From contig JBHGNT010000022.1 of assembly GCA_043228905.1 (NCBI GenBank), positions 4,464,001 to 4,528,000 of the forward strand: a stretch of DNA of 64,000 bases. Direction: 5' to 3'. A program made the translations under genes and the position numbers. Of this stretch, positions 12,237 through 25,800 are shown one piece after another (position 1 is the first letter of the stretch; every line of letters begins with the position of its first letter). This DNA is from Azolla caroliniana (Eukaryota > Plantae > Polypodiophyta). Under the pieces are notes generated by a model, which saw only the letters and a program-made list of their open reading frames with translations, was not told where the DNA came from and did not search any database.

Positions 12237-15200
12237 ATGCACGAGAATCAAGAAAAGGCGCCACGCATGGAGAAAGAAAACCTTCGCCGCGCAGAGTCCC
12301 TTTCATTTCGCGAACACAGAGATCTTAGCGCACACAGGTGATTACGAGTGATCAGGCGAGAGCACGCAGAACACACAAGCGCACCAATCTTACCACAACC
12401 TACCAACTCCAACGACGACATGGAATGCATGGTACTCTCAGAAGCGGCTAAGAAATGGCTAAAGCAACACAATCTAGAGGGATTCTTGAGGATAGTCGAA
12501 GCACCGCCACAAGGAGATGCGGAAAATATCGTCAAAGACATCGACACGGAGGTCATCACTGAGGAAGCCATCCGAGCCCTGACCAGCTTACCAGAAGGGG
12601 GAATATACTCGATCAACAACCCTTCACAGGAGCTACTGACGAGGTATTTTGGTGAATACTCCCTGGGCAGCAAGGTGTACCGCACACAAGGCTGTGAAGA
12701 CCTATTGTTTCGGGAAATTGCTCGGGTACTCCACGAGTATGGTCATGTATACCCCCGACCACCTGCTATGCCCAAGAATAGAGCCAGTTTGATCATAGCT
12801 ACCTACGACGGAGTACATGTGGATTGGCCGGTAATGATCGCCGACGGCCTAAGCGTTGCCATCATCTCAATAAAAGATGGCAAAAAGATGTGGACAGCAG
12901 TGGCGCAATGGCTCACTCTGTTAGCACCGCCAGTGGAGCCCATGAAACAAAGGAAGAAGGGAAGACCGACATAATCTACCCCCAAAACAGCTTCAAAACG
13001 GTAGCAACTCCTGGCTACCCAGGCCAAGGAATGGCCAAATCGGAAGCAGGCGACAGAGAAGGAGGATTCAGTGCACACCTCGGGGAGACCTTTGAAAATC
13101 AAGTTGCGCTTGACAGAACAACAAGCAAAACAGCAACCGGAGAAAATGCAAGGGTAGGACCCCTTGGCAGCGTTAATCAACAACAATACCTTGGAGGAAG
13201 AACAACAGGAAGACAAGCCTACAGAGACGTTGTTACGTCGTCGCAAGACAAGTGAAAAGGGCCACGAAGGGGGAACATCAAGGAAAATGGAGGATATTAT
13301 ACTAGAAGCCCTCCTTGAGGAGCCGCAGCCTAGGAAGGTGGCAGAACTAGCTCAACAAGAATCGGGGACGGAGCATTTGGTGCGGCAGGACATCGCGAAA
13401 CCAGCAGTCCAGGACACGGTAGTACCGGTGAATCAAGAACCGGTCATTGAATTGCCGGTGTCGCCACCGCAATAGCAACAGCCCGAATCGGAACGATTGC
13501 TCGACATAACCATCCATAATAGACTCTTGGCCAGTGAAGAAGCTATCCCACGACCAGAACCGGCACGACAACAAGGCACCGATAGTTAATGGCTACGGTG
13601 GATATCATAACAAGTAGCCGGTGTCGTCTGCCAGTTAGAAGTAGAAGAGAAAGCGCAGGAAGATCGGTTGCGAGCCAGAACCGAGGAATTAGAGATGGCC
13701 CAATCAAGAATCCGGAGCATGGAGGAAGACATAGAGAAGGCCAGAATAGAAATGGCCAAGTTGTTCATAGAAGGACCACAAAAATCGAAACCGGTGGCTC
13801 TGGTAACTTTACAGAACAATCAGACCCCGGTGACTGAGGCAGGCCCGGATACTCATAAAACATCAGCACAGGAGCTTGCCACATTAAGGGAAGACCTGGC
13901 AACACAAGAAGCTTTACGAGCCAGGGAACGAGAATTGAAAAAAAGTGACGGAGGAGGAATAAAGGAGGACGACCGACAGCCTTCGCCGAAGAGAGGAAAG
14001 CTTGAGAAAAGGTCATCAAGCGTATGACCGGCTGAAAGAAGAGAAAGAAAAACTCCTACAACAAAAAGAGAAACTCTGACGGACGACAGAAGTGGAGATT
14101 GAGCGCCTCAAAGAAGAGCTCTAGCAACAAAAAGACCGTCAGGACCGTGCTCGCCGGCTTATCAATCAAAAGCTAAAACAGAAAACTGACGACTTCGACC
14201 GACTGCACCGGGATTATAAGCATTTGGATGTTGATCATAAGAAATTGATTACTGAAAGTGACCGGCAGTAGGAAAAGTGCAGGGAACTCTGGCAGGAAAT
14301 TAACCGGATAACATCGGCATTGATGGACGAGCAGTCGAAGGGAGCCGAAGCAGCTAAACAACTGGCGGAAGCACCGAAAGAGCGACTGGACCTGCAAGTG
14401 AAGCACCATGCGGAAATAGAGCGTGCTACAATGACTCTGAACAGAGTTTAGACGACCTATTAGACCCAACTCATGCACTACAGAAGCCAAGAAGTGGCAA
14501 CCGCGAACCTGATCAAACAATTGAAGGATGAAAAACAGGCCGCGGAGAACAATTCGAAGATGGGGTTGGGGCAGATCCGGGATATCGTACTAGCATGGAG
14601 GAATCGAACGAAGCAATTAGTGGAAGAAAGCTCAGTACAGTGGTGGTGTAAGTGGGCTAAGCAGGCAGTGGAGCTACAATTGTTGCGGGCAGATGCGAAA
14701 AACCGGCGGAAAGAGGGCGACGAAGTTTACATCCTGAATAAGGAAAGCATCGAAGAGATAAAGGAAGAACTGTCAGATGATTTCATATCCTTGGTTAATG
14801 AGTAGAGGGTGGCGGTATGCCAGTTGGTGCCACAGCTGGATGATGACCAGCTGGACAAGCAACTCCGTTTTGAAAAGTACGAATGGGGATGGCGATGGCA
14901 AGAATTGGCCAAGAAAACTGCGGCAATTAGCATCAGTGACGAGGAGCCATCTTTAGAACAAATGCTGATTAAAGCCAGGGGAAGCCAACTAGATAGTACT
15001 CAGGAGGAGCCGCTAAAGGAAGGTCATCCACAGGAACCGGTGCACGCCGGACAGCAGAACCAGGAGACGTCAGGACGAGTAGAACCGGAAAAGGAGGAAG
15101 AGCCAGTAAGAACAGTAGAGCAGGAAAAGGAGGAAGAGCCAGTAAGACTAGTCGAGCGGGAAAAAGAGGAAGAGCTAGTCAGACCAACAGAGCCGTAGGA

Positions 15201-15522
15201 AACGGATGTCAACCAGAAGCAGCCACAGCTGGAGCCAGAGCGGCAACAAGTAGAGCCGGAAAAGGAGGAAGAGCCAGTAAGACTAGTCGAGCGGGAAAAA
15301 GAGGAAGATCTAGTCAGACCAACAGAGCCGCAAGAAATGGATGTCAACCAGAAGCAGCCACAGCTGGAGCCGGAGCGGCAACAAGAGCAGCTAAAGGAAC
15401 AACAGAAATCGGGCCCACAATAGGAGGAGGAACAACAACAGCAACAGATGACAAAACAGCTTCCCGAAGAACCATAGGAACCCATAGATAAAAGCATTCT
15501 GGACATTTTGGAGGATGAATGA
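12237..15522 (+). pseudogene. ORF2 of Gypsy-1 (homolog of 39951-42941), disrupted
   Basis: Shares FREIARVLHEYGHVYPRPP, ELQLLRAD.NRRKEGD and the terminal SILD with Gypsy-2 ORF2. Has a ~120-bp duplication in the acidic tail. Confidence 0.85.
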
Positions 15523-15555
15523 AGCCGGATTGTGGGAGTTGACGTACAAGGTACT

Positions 15556-15572
15556 GTCCCACGGGCGTGCCA
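15556..15572 (-). promoter_or_regulatory. Inverted PBS-like / tRNA 3'-end motif occupying the PPT position (Gypsy-1)
   Basis: GTCCCACGGGCGTGCCA followed by TG, then the 3' LTR. Identical to the motif in Gypsy-2. Confidence 0.75.
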
Positions 15573-18500
15573 TGTGTTAACCGGCCGGCAAGGAAAGTCT
15601 AGAATGGAAGAAGGGGATAATTAATAACCGGGAGTTGATTATACATATAATATATAATTATTATGATTTTGAGAAGCAAACAGACGGACCCGGAATCGGT
15701 ATGCCGATCCGGATCCGGACCGGTTCATAGCCCATTTCTGGTTGGCACCGGTTTGTACCTAGAGCCGGAGACCTATAAAAGGGCCCGGTTAGATTGTAAT
15801 CAATGGCGGATAATTAATAGAGTTTTGTTGTTCTGTATCTTAATCATTGTTAATTACCGTTCTACGCTAAGTGTAATTTATCCTACGCGTGAATTGTGAC
15901 TAATGATCTTGCCGCTTAGTAACCAATTAGGGTTTCATTAATAGTCGGTCTAACTTTATCTCACCGCAACAGCCCTTTGGTGAAGTGTCTCAAAGGGACA
16001 CCCTGTGTTAGGCCATTTTCCGGCCCTAGCGATGACACCGTCGGTGTTGTATTTCACCTTAAACGCCCATCTACATCCAATCGGCTTTACACCCTTCGGT
16101 GCGTCAACCAAGTCCCAAGTCTCATTGTCCATTAATGCGCGCATCTCTTCCTCCATCGCGGCACGCTAGTTTGCGTCTTACGCCGCTTCTACATAGCTCT
16201 CCGGCTCACACACTTCCGCCACTGGTGTCATGTATGCATAATGGTGCGCCATGTACTCATTGTACTCGTACCTCTTTATGGGGTTCTTCAGGTGGGTAGA
16301 TCGGCGTAATTCGTGATTACCCGATTTCAAGGCCTTCTCGGCCAATATCGATGTCTTCTGTGGAGATTCCTTTTCGATTGGTTCGAAATCCGACTAGCTC
16401 TGGTTTGACTCGGCACTGTCGAAATCGTATTCCGACATTTTCTTCTTCCCTTTTTCTTTACGCGTAAACCGTCTCCTCAGTTCTTTACTCGGGCACAACA
16501 CGGTCGAGTCTCCTCTACTCGTCGACTCTTCATTTGGTTGGCCATCTCGGCGCAACCCCTCATTTGGCCCATTTACCCGAAATGAGATCGGACTCTCTGT
16601 CAAAGCTCTGATATCCTCATCACGCAAAGGCATCTCAACCTTGGTGATCTCTTCTTCAGAATTCGGAATGGAGTTATCAGCGATTGGAGGCGAAGGCAAT
16701 TACCACAAAGCGGACTCGTTGAAGACGACATTTCGGCTTACACGAACTTCCTTCATTCAAGGGTTATAGCACATATACCCCTTTTGGTCGTCTGAATAGC
16801 CGACTAATATGCACTTTTCGGCTTTGGCGTCGAGCTTCCTCCATTTCTCCTTTGACACATGCACGTACGAGATGTTGCCGAAAATCCTCAAGTGTGCCAA
16901 GTTTGGCTTCTTTCCGAAATACAACTCGTGTGGCGACACTCCTCCATTAGTAGAGGTTCGATTCTAAAAGTAAACAATTGTCCTTACGGCTTCATCCCAG
17001 TAAAACTTCGGCATATGCTTCTCTTCAAGCATTGCCATGGCCGCTTCTTCGATTGTCTGATTCTTCCGTTCGGCTACATCGTTCTGCTCCGCCATATATC
17101 TACACGAGAATTCGCGCCGAATTCCCTCCTTTTGTAGATAACTCGTGAACTGGTCGGAGAAGTACTCCTTCCCGCCATCGGATCATAGGCACTTGATCTT
17201 ACGACATGTTTCATGTTCCACAAAGTTTTTCACCTTCAAGAACCACGCGAAAACTTCGCTCTTTTTCGCGATCAAGCACGCCCAGGTATGCCGAGTGAAG
17301 TCATTGATGAAGGTTACGAAGTAACAGATTCCACCGAAACTCATGTTCTGTGCCGGTCCCCACACATCCGAATGGATCAAATCTAGCAGATTTCGACTAT
17401 GATTACGCTCATTGGGGAATGGCAGTCGGTGCTGCTTCTTGAGTTGGCAGGCTTCGCAGACTTGGCCATTACGGCCCCGAAATTTCGTCTGCATTTCAAG
17501 AAGCTATGGGAAGTTAACATGGCCGAACCGCTTGTGCCACAGGTCGATGTCTGACTCAACCTTCTGTTCTCTACCGAACAACGCGGTTCCTGCTTGATTG
17601 GTGTCGAGGATGACCATCCTCCTTTCTCGACGCCCTTGCGTGATAACATGGCCTTCCTCTTCTATGTAGCACTTGAGGTGTGTGAATCGAACTTGCATCC
17701 CCTAGTCGACGATCTGACCGATCGACACCAGGTTCTTGGTTATTTTTGGGACGTGCAACACGTTCATAAGTTTCCCTTTGTGCCCGACGTGGCTGAGAGG
17801 AACTTCTCCAACATGTTTGATGGTATGCGGAGTGTCGTCTCCCGTTTCGACCACTCCTTGTTTTTCTAGTTTCTCCAAGTACGAGAACCATTCCTCATGA
17901 CATGTCATATGATTTGACGCTCCGGAATCAACAAACCACACCTCGCTCGATTTCGAGGTGTTCATGGACATTTAATTGGCCTTGTGCTTCATCATGAAGG
18001 TCGGGCCCAATCCATATCTGGCTCGTTCGCAGCCTTCGGCGTAGTGCGATTTCTAACGGCTTCTTGCGTCTCTTCCGCTCGATTCGGCTTTGTTCGAATT
18101 GGCTCTCTTCTTCCAACACTTGCTCTCCTTGTGGCCTTTCTTGCCACAGTACCAACATTCCATCACGGCCTTCTCTTGCCAGCTTCCGGCGCCGCTGTGA
18201 CTCCCCCGACAATTCGATTATGCTGGACGTTCTCCATTGCGTGCCGATCCGCCGCGACTACGGTGCCTATCTTCCTCCATGTACAACATCTTGTTGTCGT
18301 TGTGCGTACTCGATGACGCAACCGCATGATTTTCCTCCACGAGCAACATCGACTGAAGCTCGAAGAACGAAGCCGTAATCTCCCTTGTGTAAACCGCCAT
18401 TCGGAATGCTCTGAACTTTCACGTTAACCCTCCAAGACAAACCTGCCCCATTTCATCTTCCTCGACGTTCACTTTGACGGAGGCAAGGGAATCGCACAGA

Positions 18501-20460
18501 TCTCCTTGATTCAGGCCGTGTAATTAGCCATAGACAGATCTTTCTATCGGACATTGCTGAATTCTTGTCTAAGCTGCAGCTTCCTAGCCATTGTGCTATC
18601 GGCGAAAATCCTCTTGAGATTCGTCCACACGTCCTTTGGCGTCTTAGCATCCCGAATGTAGCTCAAGAGCAGGTTGCTCACACAGGACGCGAAGCAATAA
18701 AGAAATCTGCTTACTGCTTGTTCCCACGCCGAAAAATCTTTGTGCGTTGATTCAGGTGCTGCAACATTAGCTCCTTCAACATAACTCCAGTAACCATGAC
18801 CAAGAAAATACTAATGCAACTTGTACGACCAAGATGCGTAGTTGCTCCTACCGAGCTTCTCCGTCAATAGCGAGTTTCCCATTCCTCTGTCCATATTGTT
18901 GTCTTATCGCAAGCTTATTTGTCACCTGCAGAGGAGTCTCAACCTTCGCGCTCTAATATCATGTAAAAGAATACATGTGCGGAAGCGTATGCGTAAGACA
19001 CTAAGTACACGGTTCGGAAGTACGACAATTCGGTAAAACATAGAAATCACATAGAAAGAGAGGGAGAGAGAGAGAGAGAGAGCAGAAACTATATTAAAAA
19101 ATTCTTTGTATGTTCTCTGTACATATTTCATGCTTAGTGAGCACCTTTTATAGAAGCCCCGACTATTGGGTTGACACAAGTACCGATAGTACTTGACCGC
19201 TCATAAATGAGCCTTCTACACTAACTCCCAAAACTATTCCTTACGAGGAATAACGTTCTAATGGCCTTTCGATTTAAACACCAGCACGGACATATTTTGC
19301 GTATGGTTTTACGCACCCAGTTTATGTACTGGGTTACACACCCGTTTACGCACCCAATGTTGAGCTTGTCTCTGAACAATATCCTATTATTCCTCTTTTT
19401 CTGTGGGACATTAAAGTACCCATCTAAATCATACAGTCGAGTACTTATTATATTTCGAAATTTACATACGTTTATATGCACATTAAGCCTTGTTCATGTG
19501 CATCCTTGCACATCCCCATTCGCACGCGTCGGGCTTCCTTTCTCCCGGTGGCCGGAATCCCTCACGACATCCACCCCCACCAAACCACATATCCTCCGGC
19601 ATGTGCCGATCTAGTGAAGCAATGGGGATTCCGGGTCATTCCTCACTTTTCCTCTTTCGATCCATCTTCCATTGGGTCTCCTTCTAGCTCCTCAGCCTCG
19701 TTGTCTTCTTCTTGTACCTCCGGATCTAGATTGGGTTTGTGTCGCTTCTTGAAGGCCTTTATCTGCTTTCCCGCAACTGGCACCGCTGTCGTGAGGTTGC
19801 GTGTCCAATGGGAGAAATTGTGAAATAGTGTAGTTCCATGCACATTACACAAACGATTATAAATATGAAAATTATCCTAGGGCCTAGTGGCATTCGAGTG
19901 GAAGCAAGATTTGAACCTTGCACCTCCAAGATAAAAGACATTTATCTTACCATTAGGGCTACTACCAAGTACTTTAAATAATACATATTTCTTTTCATAT
20001 TCAAAAGGCATAGGAAAACAACCATACAAAACCGTGTACACAAAACCATGTTCCAAGCCCATGGTTTTGTGCATGCCACAAGAAAAACTGTGTGCCCAAA
20101 AACCATGGGTTCAAGCCCATGGTTTTGTGCATGTTAGAAGCATGGATAGACCTATAAAAACCCTCGTAAGGCTTGTGTAAAAGGGGGCTCAATATGTGAT
20201 ATCATTATCATCACCATCAATATAATCTTCTTCTTAATATTCTTCTTGAAATCTATCTTCTTCTTGAGTCTAAATATCTTTGTTTTTTTAAATGTAACAT
20301 TGGTTTCCTCGACTGTAACATCCACATCGTCGTCTTTTCGACAAACTCATGAACGTCCTCCCTAGTCCGTGGCCCCGGTGGTCCTGCTCAAGTAGCACAC
20401 GCACGGGAGCATCTTCGCGACATCATTTGGTGAACCCGACATGAAGAGCAATAGGGGAGG

Positions 20461-21258
20461 ATGAAGATGGACGAGGAATATCTCATGGAGGCAATGTTAA
20501 AGATGATAATGGAATATTCGAGAGAGGGGAAAAGACAAGATGCGGCCCAACAAGTCGTTGAAAGCGTGGTCAAGCGAGTTGGCTATTTCGATGGGGGCAT
20601 AGTCCAAAATTTTCTAGACACCTACAATGCCGAGATGGATTTGAGAGGTGTGAATGAAGCTATGAGGCTGGAGTACTTTAGTCGGGTGGTGGTTGAACCG
20701 AACTACGAAGAGGTAAAAGAGCTTCGAGACGCTCCTGATTTGTGGGTGACTTTCAAGGAGGCTCTACTGGAGGCATATGGCTACGAGACACAGAAGGGAC
20801 AAAGTTTGTACAAGTTCGACCAATGGGTGTCATCAATGAAGACCCACTGGAGTGCCATGGATGCCTTCGTTGAGTTTGAGTGTCGCTTTGATCAACTCTC
20901 AGAACGGGATCGAAGATTGGTGGGTATGAATAAAGTTCTACTATTTGTAAAGTCAATCGATCGATATGAAAGGAAGGCCATTGGAATCCAACTCGAGGAT
21001 GACAATGGTGCAAATGGCCTCATCGAGGATTGGGCCAGAGTGAGGGTATGCCGACAACACGACGAGAGGAAGATGAGATTCTTGTCGACAACAACACGAC
21101 CCATGAGGGATGTTCAAAGGAGAACGGGATATGGCAATACACCACCACCGAAGGTAGAAAGCTCGAAGAAGGAAGATTCGATACTCAACATAGAAGTCTT
21201 TATGAGAGAGGCTTTCGAGAACTTAAAGGCGCAGGTTGAGGCTGAAGAGAAGCTTTAA
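20461..21258 (+). CDS. Gypsy gag-like protein (265 aa), probably continued after a frameshift by the acidic low-complexity ORF 21283-21945
   Basis: Starts right after the PBS. FDG..V..FL..Y.AEM and W..FKEALLEAY capsid-like pattern. Confidence 0.65.
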   Translation: MKMDEEYLMEAMLKMIMEYSREGKRQDAAQQVVESVVKRVGYFDGGIVQNFLDTYNAEMDLRGVNEAMRLEYFSRVVVEPNYEEVKELRDAPDLWVTFKEALLEAYGYETQKGQSLYKFDQWVSSMKTHWSAMDAFVEFECRFDQLSERDRRLVGMNKVLLFVKSIDRYERKAIGIQLEDDNGANGLIEDWARVRVCRQHDERKMRFLSTTTRPMRDVQRRTGYGNTPPPKVESSKKEDSILNIEVFMREAFENLKAQVEAEEKL

Positions 21259-22823
21259 AAGGAGCAAAAACTGAAGCAGACGGTGATCGAGGAACGAATG
21301 CGGGTAAGAGAAGTGGGCAAGATGAATGCCCAAGCTCGGTACCACGATGGTACCACGAGAGAAGTTGTGGAACACGACACCTTCTCGTCTTGCAAAGAAA
21401 CAATGACGAAGAATGAAACCAATGAATCGAGGATGGCGAACGCCACTTCAAGTGAGGAAAAATGTTTCGAAACACGCATCATGTCTGAAACATCGAGTAA
21501 TGAAGGTGCAAGTATGAGCAAAGCTTGCGTGATTGAGGGATGTAAAGAGTGTGAGGTCGACGTGATTGAGGCGGTAGCCACGAGGAATGACATCGAGTCA
21601 CAGATGGCTATGGAAGAGTCCACAACGGATGACTGTGTCAAGACTTTCCCAACACATGATCTAGAGACTTGGGCAGTTGCGTCCGAGAGCCAACATGAGA
21701 GCCAAGAGACGGAAAGTGGTCGGGAGGCAAATATTGAAGACAATGCGAATAACAACATTGAGCGAAAGATGGCTATGGATAAGAAGACGGTGACCGATGG
21801 TGCCGGGGTTCTCCCCACAATTGTTTCTAAGACTTCGGGAGTTGTGCCCGATTGCCAACATGAAACCGGAGAGACGGAAGGTGGTGACAGGAAATTGAAG
21901 GACCGAAATGGCGATGAGGACGACGAGGTGAATGACCACAACTGAAGGTATCCCTCCACACTAGTTCTGGAGACTTCGGTAGTTGTGTCTGAGAGCCAAC
22001 ATAAGACTGGAGAGACAAAAGGTGACGGCGAGGAGATGAGAGTCGAAGCCAGCGCATACGGAGGAATGGTGCCCAACAAGGAGGCCAAGAACAAAGCTAC
22101 AATAGAGTTCGATGAAGATCTAGAGAGCGGCATGAAATGAAGAACCGGAAGACAACCCAGATGGAAGATGACACGGTTGGTATTCCGACCTGAACGGAAG
22201 CCGAACCAGATGGGAAGTGATCAGATGGCGAGCGAATGATATGGTTGATCGGATGGCAACGATGGTTCAGGTGGAAGGAATGCATGTGCTCAAAATGGAG
22301 GACAAAGGCCAACACAGGCGAGGCGTAAGAAAGAAAGAAATCAAAGGCCAACCACCTTTGAGTCCACCACATCACTCTTTTCTTCTTCGCACATGCCGGC
22401 GGATGTGTGGTTTGGTGAGGGTGGATGTCGTGATGTTGTGTGTCCAATGGGAGAAATTGTGAAATAGTGTAGTTCCATGCACATTACACAAACACAAACG
22501 ATTATAAATATGAAAATTATCCTAGGGCCTAGTGGCATTCGAGTGCATATAGAGGGGTGCAAGCAAGATTTGAACCTTACACCTCCAAGATAGAAGACAT
22601 TTATTTTACCATTAGGGCTACTACCAAGTACTTTAAACATTATGTATTTCTTTTCATATTCAAAAGGCATAGGAAAACACAAAACCATGTTCCAAGCCCA
22701 TGGTTTTGTGCATGTTAGAAGCATGGATAGACCTATAAAAACCCTCATAAGGCTTGCATAAAGGGGGGGCTCATAATGTGATATCATTATCATCACCATC
22801 AATATAATCTTCTTCTTAATATT

Positions 22824-25800
22824 TGTTGAGAGACAAGCTCAACATTGGCCAGATCAGCTGAAGAAGCCGAGGACCGGATCGGTTGGGACCGATTGGTTAG
22901 GCCGAGTGCGTAAACCGGGAGGTCGTTAGGAAAGATATTCCGTGAGGAATATATTTGGGAGTTAGTGTAGGAGCTCTTAATGAGCATTGAAGTACTATCA
23001 GTGCTTCGGTCAGTCCTTCGAGGACTTGTATAAAAGTGTTCACTAAGCACGTCTTATGTACAGACTGAGTATTATTATTGAATATAGAGTTTTCTGTGTT
23101 TCACTCTCTGTCTCTCCCGCGTATACTGTGTAAGCCCAAGCTCTCCATTGAACCTGAGTTTCCTTCCTCTGTTCTGTCTTCATACCTGCTTCCGCATGCT
23201 ATTATCTACATGGTATCATAGCGCGAGGGTTGAGAACCTCTCTGTAGCCGACACAGCTTAACGAAGAAGAACAAAAAGAACGATGGATAGAGGCATGGCG
23301 AGCTCGCTTCCAACAGAGAAGCTCGACAGAACCAAATACGCGTCTTGGTCCTACAAGATGCACCAGTACCTGCTCGGGCATGGCTACTGGAGTTATGTCG
23401 AAGGAGCTAATGACGCGGCACCCGAATCGACACACAGAGACTTCCCGTTGTGGGTGCAATCGGCGAGCAGGGTATTGTACTGCTTCGCGGTGTGTGTAGG
23501 CGAACAACTATTAAGCTATGTTCGGGATGCAAAGACGCCGAAGGGTGCGTGGGAAAATTTGAAAAAGATTTTCGCCGCGAGCACCACAACTAGGAAGCTT
23601 TAGCTCCGACAGGAGTTGAGCAACCTACGACAACGTGATTTGTCGGTGGCGGACTATACCTCGAAGATCAAGGATATTTGCGACTCCCTCGCCTCCATAC
23701 AGGTGAACATCGAGGAGAGCGAGATGGTCCAGATCTGTCTCGGAGGTTTGGCGTCGAAGTTCGGAGCGTTCCGAACGGCTGTGTGTACCCGGGAGAATAC
23801 GCCGTCCTTTTTCAAGAACCACGCGGGTGCGTCGACGAGCACGCATACCGACAGCAAAATGTTGTACACGGAGGGAGATAGGCCTCATGGACGTGGAGGA
23901 CAAGGCGAGTCGGGGCGCAATGAAGGCGGCCGACGACATCAAGGAAGAAGGCACCGAAGTGATGCCGACAACAACTCTGGACCCTCCGGAAGCAGGGGGA
24001 GTCGAAGCGATGAGAACCGACAAGGGAAGGCCATCGCGGAGTGCTGGTACTGTGGCAAGAAAGGCCACAAGGAAAGTGAGTGCTGGAAGAAGCGCGCCGA
24101 TTCGGAGAGAAATGGCGCCAGACATACCGACAAGGGAAATCGGCAACGATCGCACTACGCCGAAGACTCCGTGGGAGTCGGAGAAGGGACTACCTTCGTG
24201 ACGAGACACGAAGCAAACTCAATGAAACAGACCACCCCGAGATTGGACGAGGTGTGGTACATAGACTCCGGCACGTCAAACCACATGACGAGCCATAAGG
24301 AGTGGTTCTCGTACTTTGAAAAACCGATACAACCTGGAGTAGTCGCAACTGGAGACGACACTCCGCATCCGATTGCGAATGTCGGAGAAGTTCCCCTTAG
24401 CCACGTCGGGCAAAAAGGGAAACTCATGAACGTGCTGCACGTCCCGACAATCACGAAAAACTTGGTCTCGGTCGGACAGATCGTCGACCAAGGGATGGAG
24501 GTTCGGTTTACACACCTCGGGTGCTTCATTGAGGAAGAAGGCCATGTGATTGCTCAAGGGCGCAGAGACGGGAGGATGTTCATCCTCGATTCCATTGACG
24601 GCGGCACCGCAATGTTCGCAAAGGGACAAAAAGCCGAGTCGGACATCGACTTGTGGCACAAGCGGATAGGCCACATCAACTACCAGCGGCTTCAAGATCT
24701 GCAATCGAAACAGGTAGTGTTCGGATTGCCCAAGTTTAGTGGCCGAAAGGCACAAATTTGTGAATTCTGCCAGCTCGGGAAGCAACACCGACTTCCTTTC
24801 CCCAACGAGCGAAACCGGAGCCGGAACAAGCTCGACCTTATACACTCGGATGTGTGGGGGCCGGCACAAAACGTTAGCCTTGGCGGGAGCCAATATTTCG
24901 TCTCCTTCATCGACGACCACACGCGGCACACGCGGATCTACCTCATTGAGAGGAAGAGCGAAGTCTTCGACTGTTTCCAGGACCTCAAAGGGTTCGTGGA
25001 AACCGAAACGGGACGAAAGATCAAGTGCCTGCAGTCGAATGGCGGGAAAGAGTACTTTTCCGGTCAATTCAATGGTTACCTACAACAAATGGGAATTCGG
25101 CGTGAATTCAGTTGTAGATACACGCCAGAGCAGAACGGCGTGGCCGAGAGGTAGAATCGGTCGATTGTGGAAGCGGCACGGGCAATGCTGGAGGAGAAGA
25201 GCTTGCCCAAGTTCTACTGGGCCGAGGCGGTAAGGACCGCGGTATACATCCAGAACCGGATCGGAGACAAAGTGTCGACCCACGAGCTATATTTCGGAAC
25301 GAAGCCGAACTTGTGACACTTGAGGGTGTTCGGTAGCATCGCGTATGTGCATATACCGAAGGAGAAAAGGAGGAAGCTGGACACAAAGGCCGAGAAATGC
25401 ATCTTGGTCGGTTACTCGGACGAGCAGAAGGGTTATAAGTGCTATAACCCTCGCACCAAACAAGCGTGTGTCAGTCACGACGTTGTGTTTGACGAGTCCG
25501 CGTCCTGGTACCTACCCCCGACTACGAACCTCGACTCCAATCCGAGCTCTGACGATGAGGTCAGCGAGGCCGAGATGCCTCCGGATGAGCCCGAAGTTGA
25601 GACCTGCGAAGAGAGTCCGATTTCACTCCGGTTAAGCTGACCGATTGGACGACTGAGTCGGTACGACCAGTCCGATGAAGAGCCGACGAGTAGTGGAGAC
25701 TCGGCCGTGCATTCCCCGCGCAGGAAGCCGAGGAGACGGCTTATGCGCAAAGAGAAAGGGAAGAAGAAGGTGTCGGATTCTGGCACGGAAAGGAACGAGT

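Larger units (their letters stand above)
6153..16037 (+). mobile_element. Gypsy-1: decayed relative of Gypsy-2 (5' LTR remnant 6153-6271, PBS 6279-6288, 3' LTR 15575-16037)
   Basis: 6153-6271 matches 15919-16037. TGGCGACCAC PBS. Colinear with 39480-49361. Inserted in copia C RT. Confidence 0.92.
4266..19378 (-). mobile_element. Ty1/copia element C (5' LTR 18962-19378, 3' LTR 4266-5171); RT/RNase H largely deleted; carries nested insertions
   Basis: Matching LTRs. TSD ATATC at 4261-4265 and 19379-19383. PPT at 5172-5183. Degenerate PBS at about 18950-18961. gag-PR-INT-RT remnants at 18883-16038. Confidence 0.88.
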
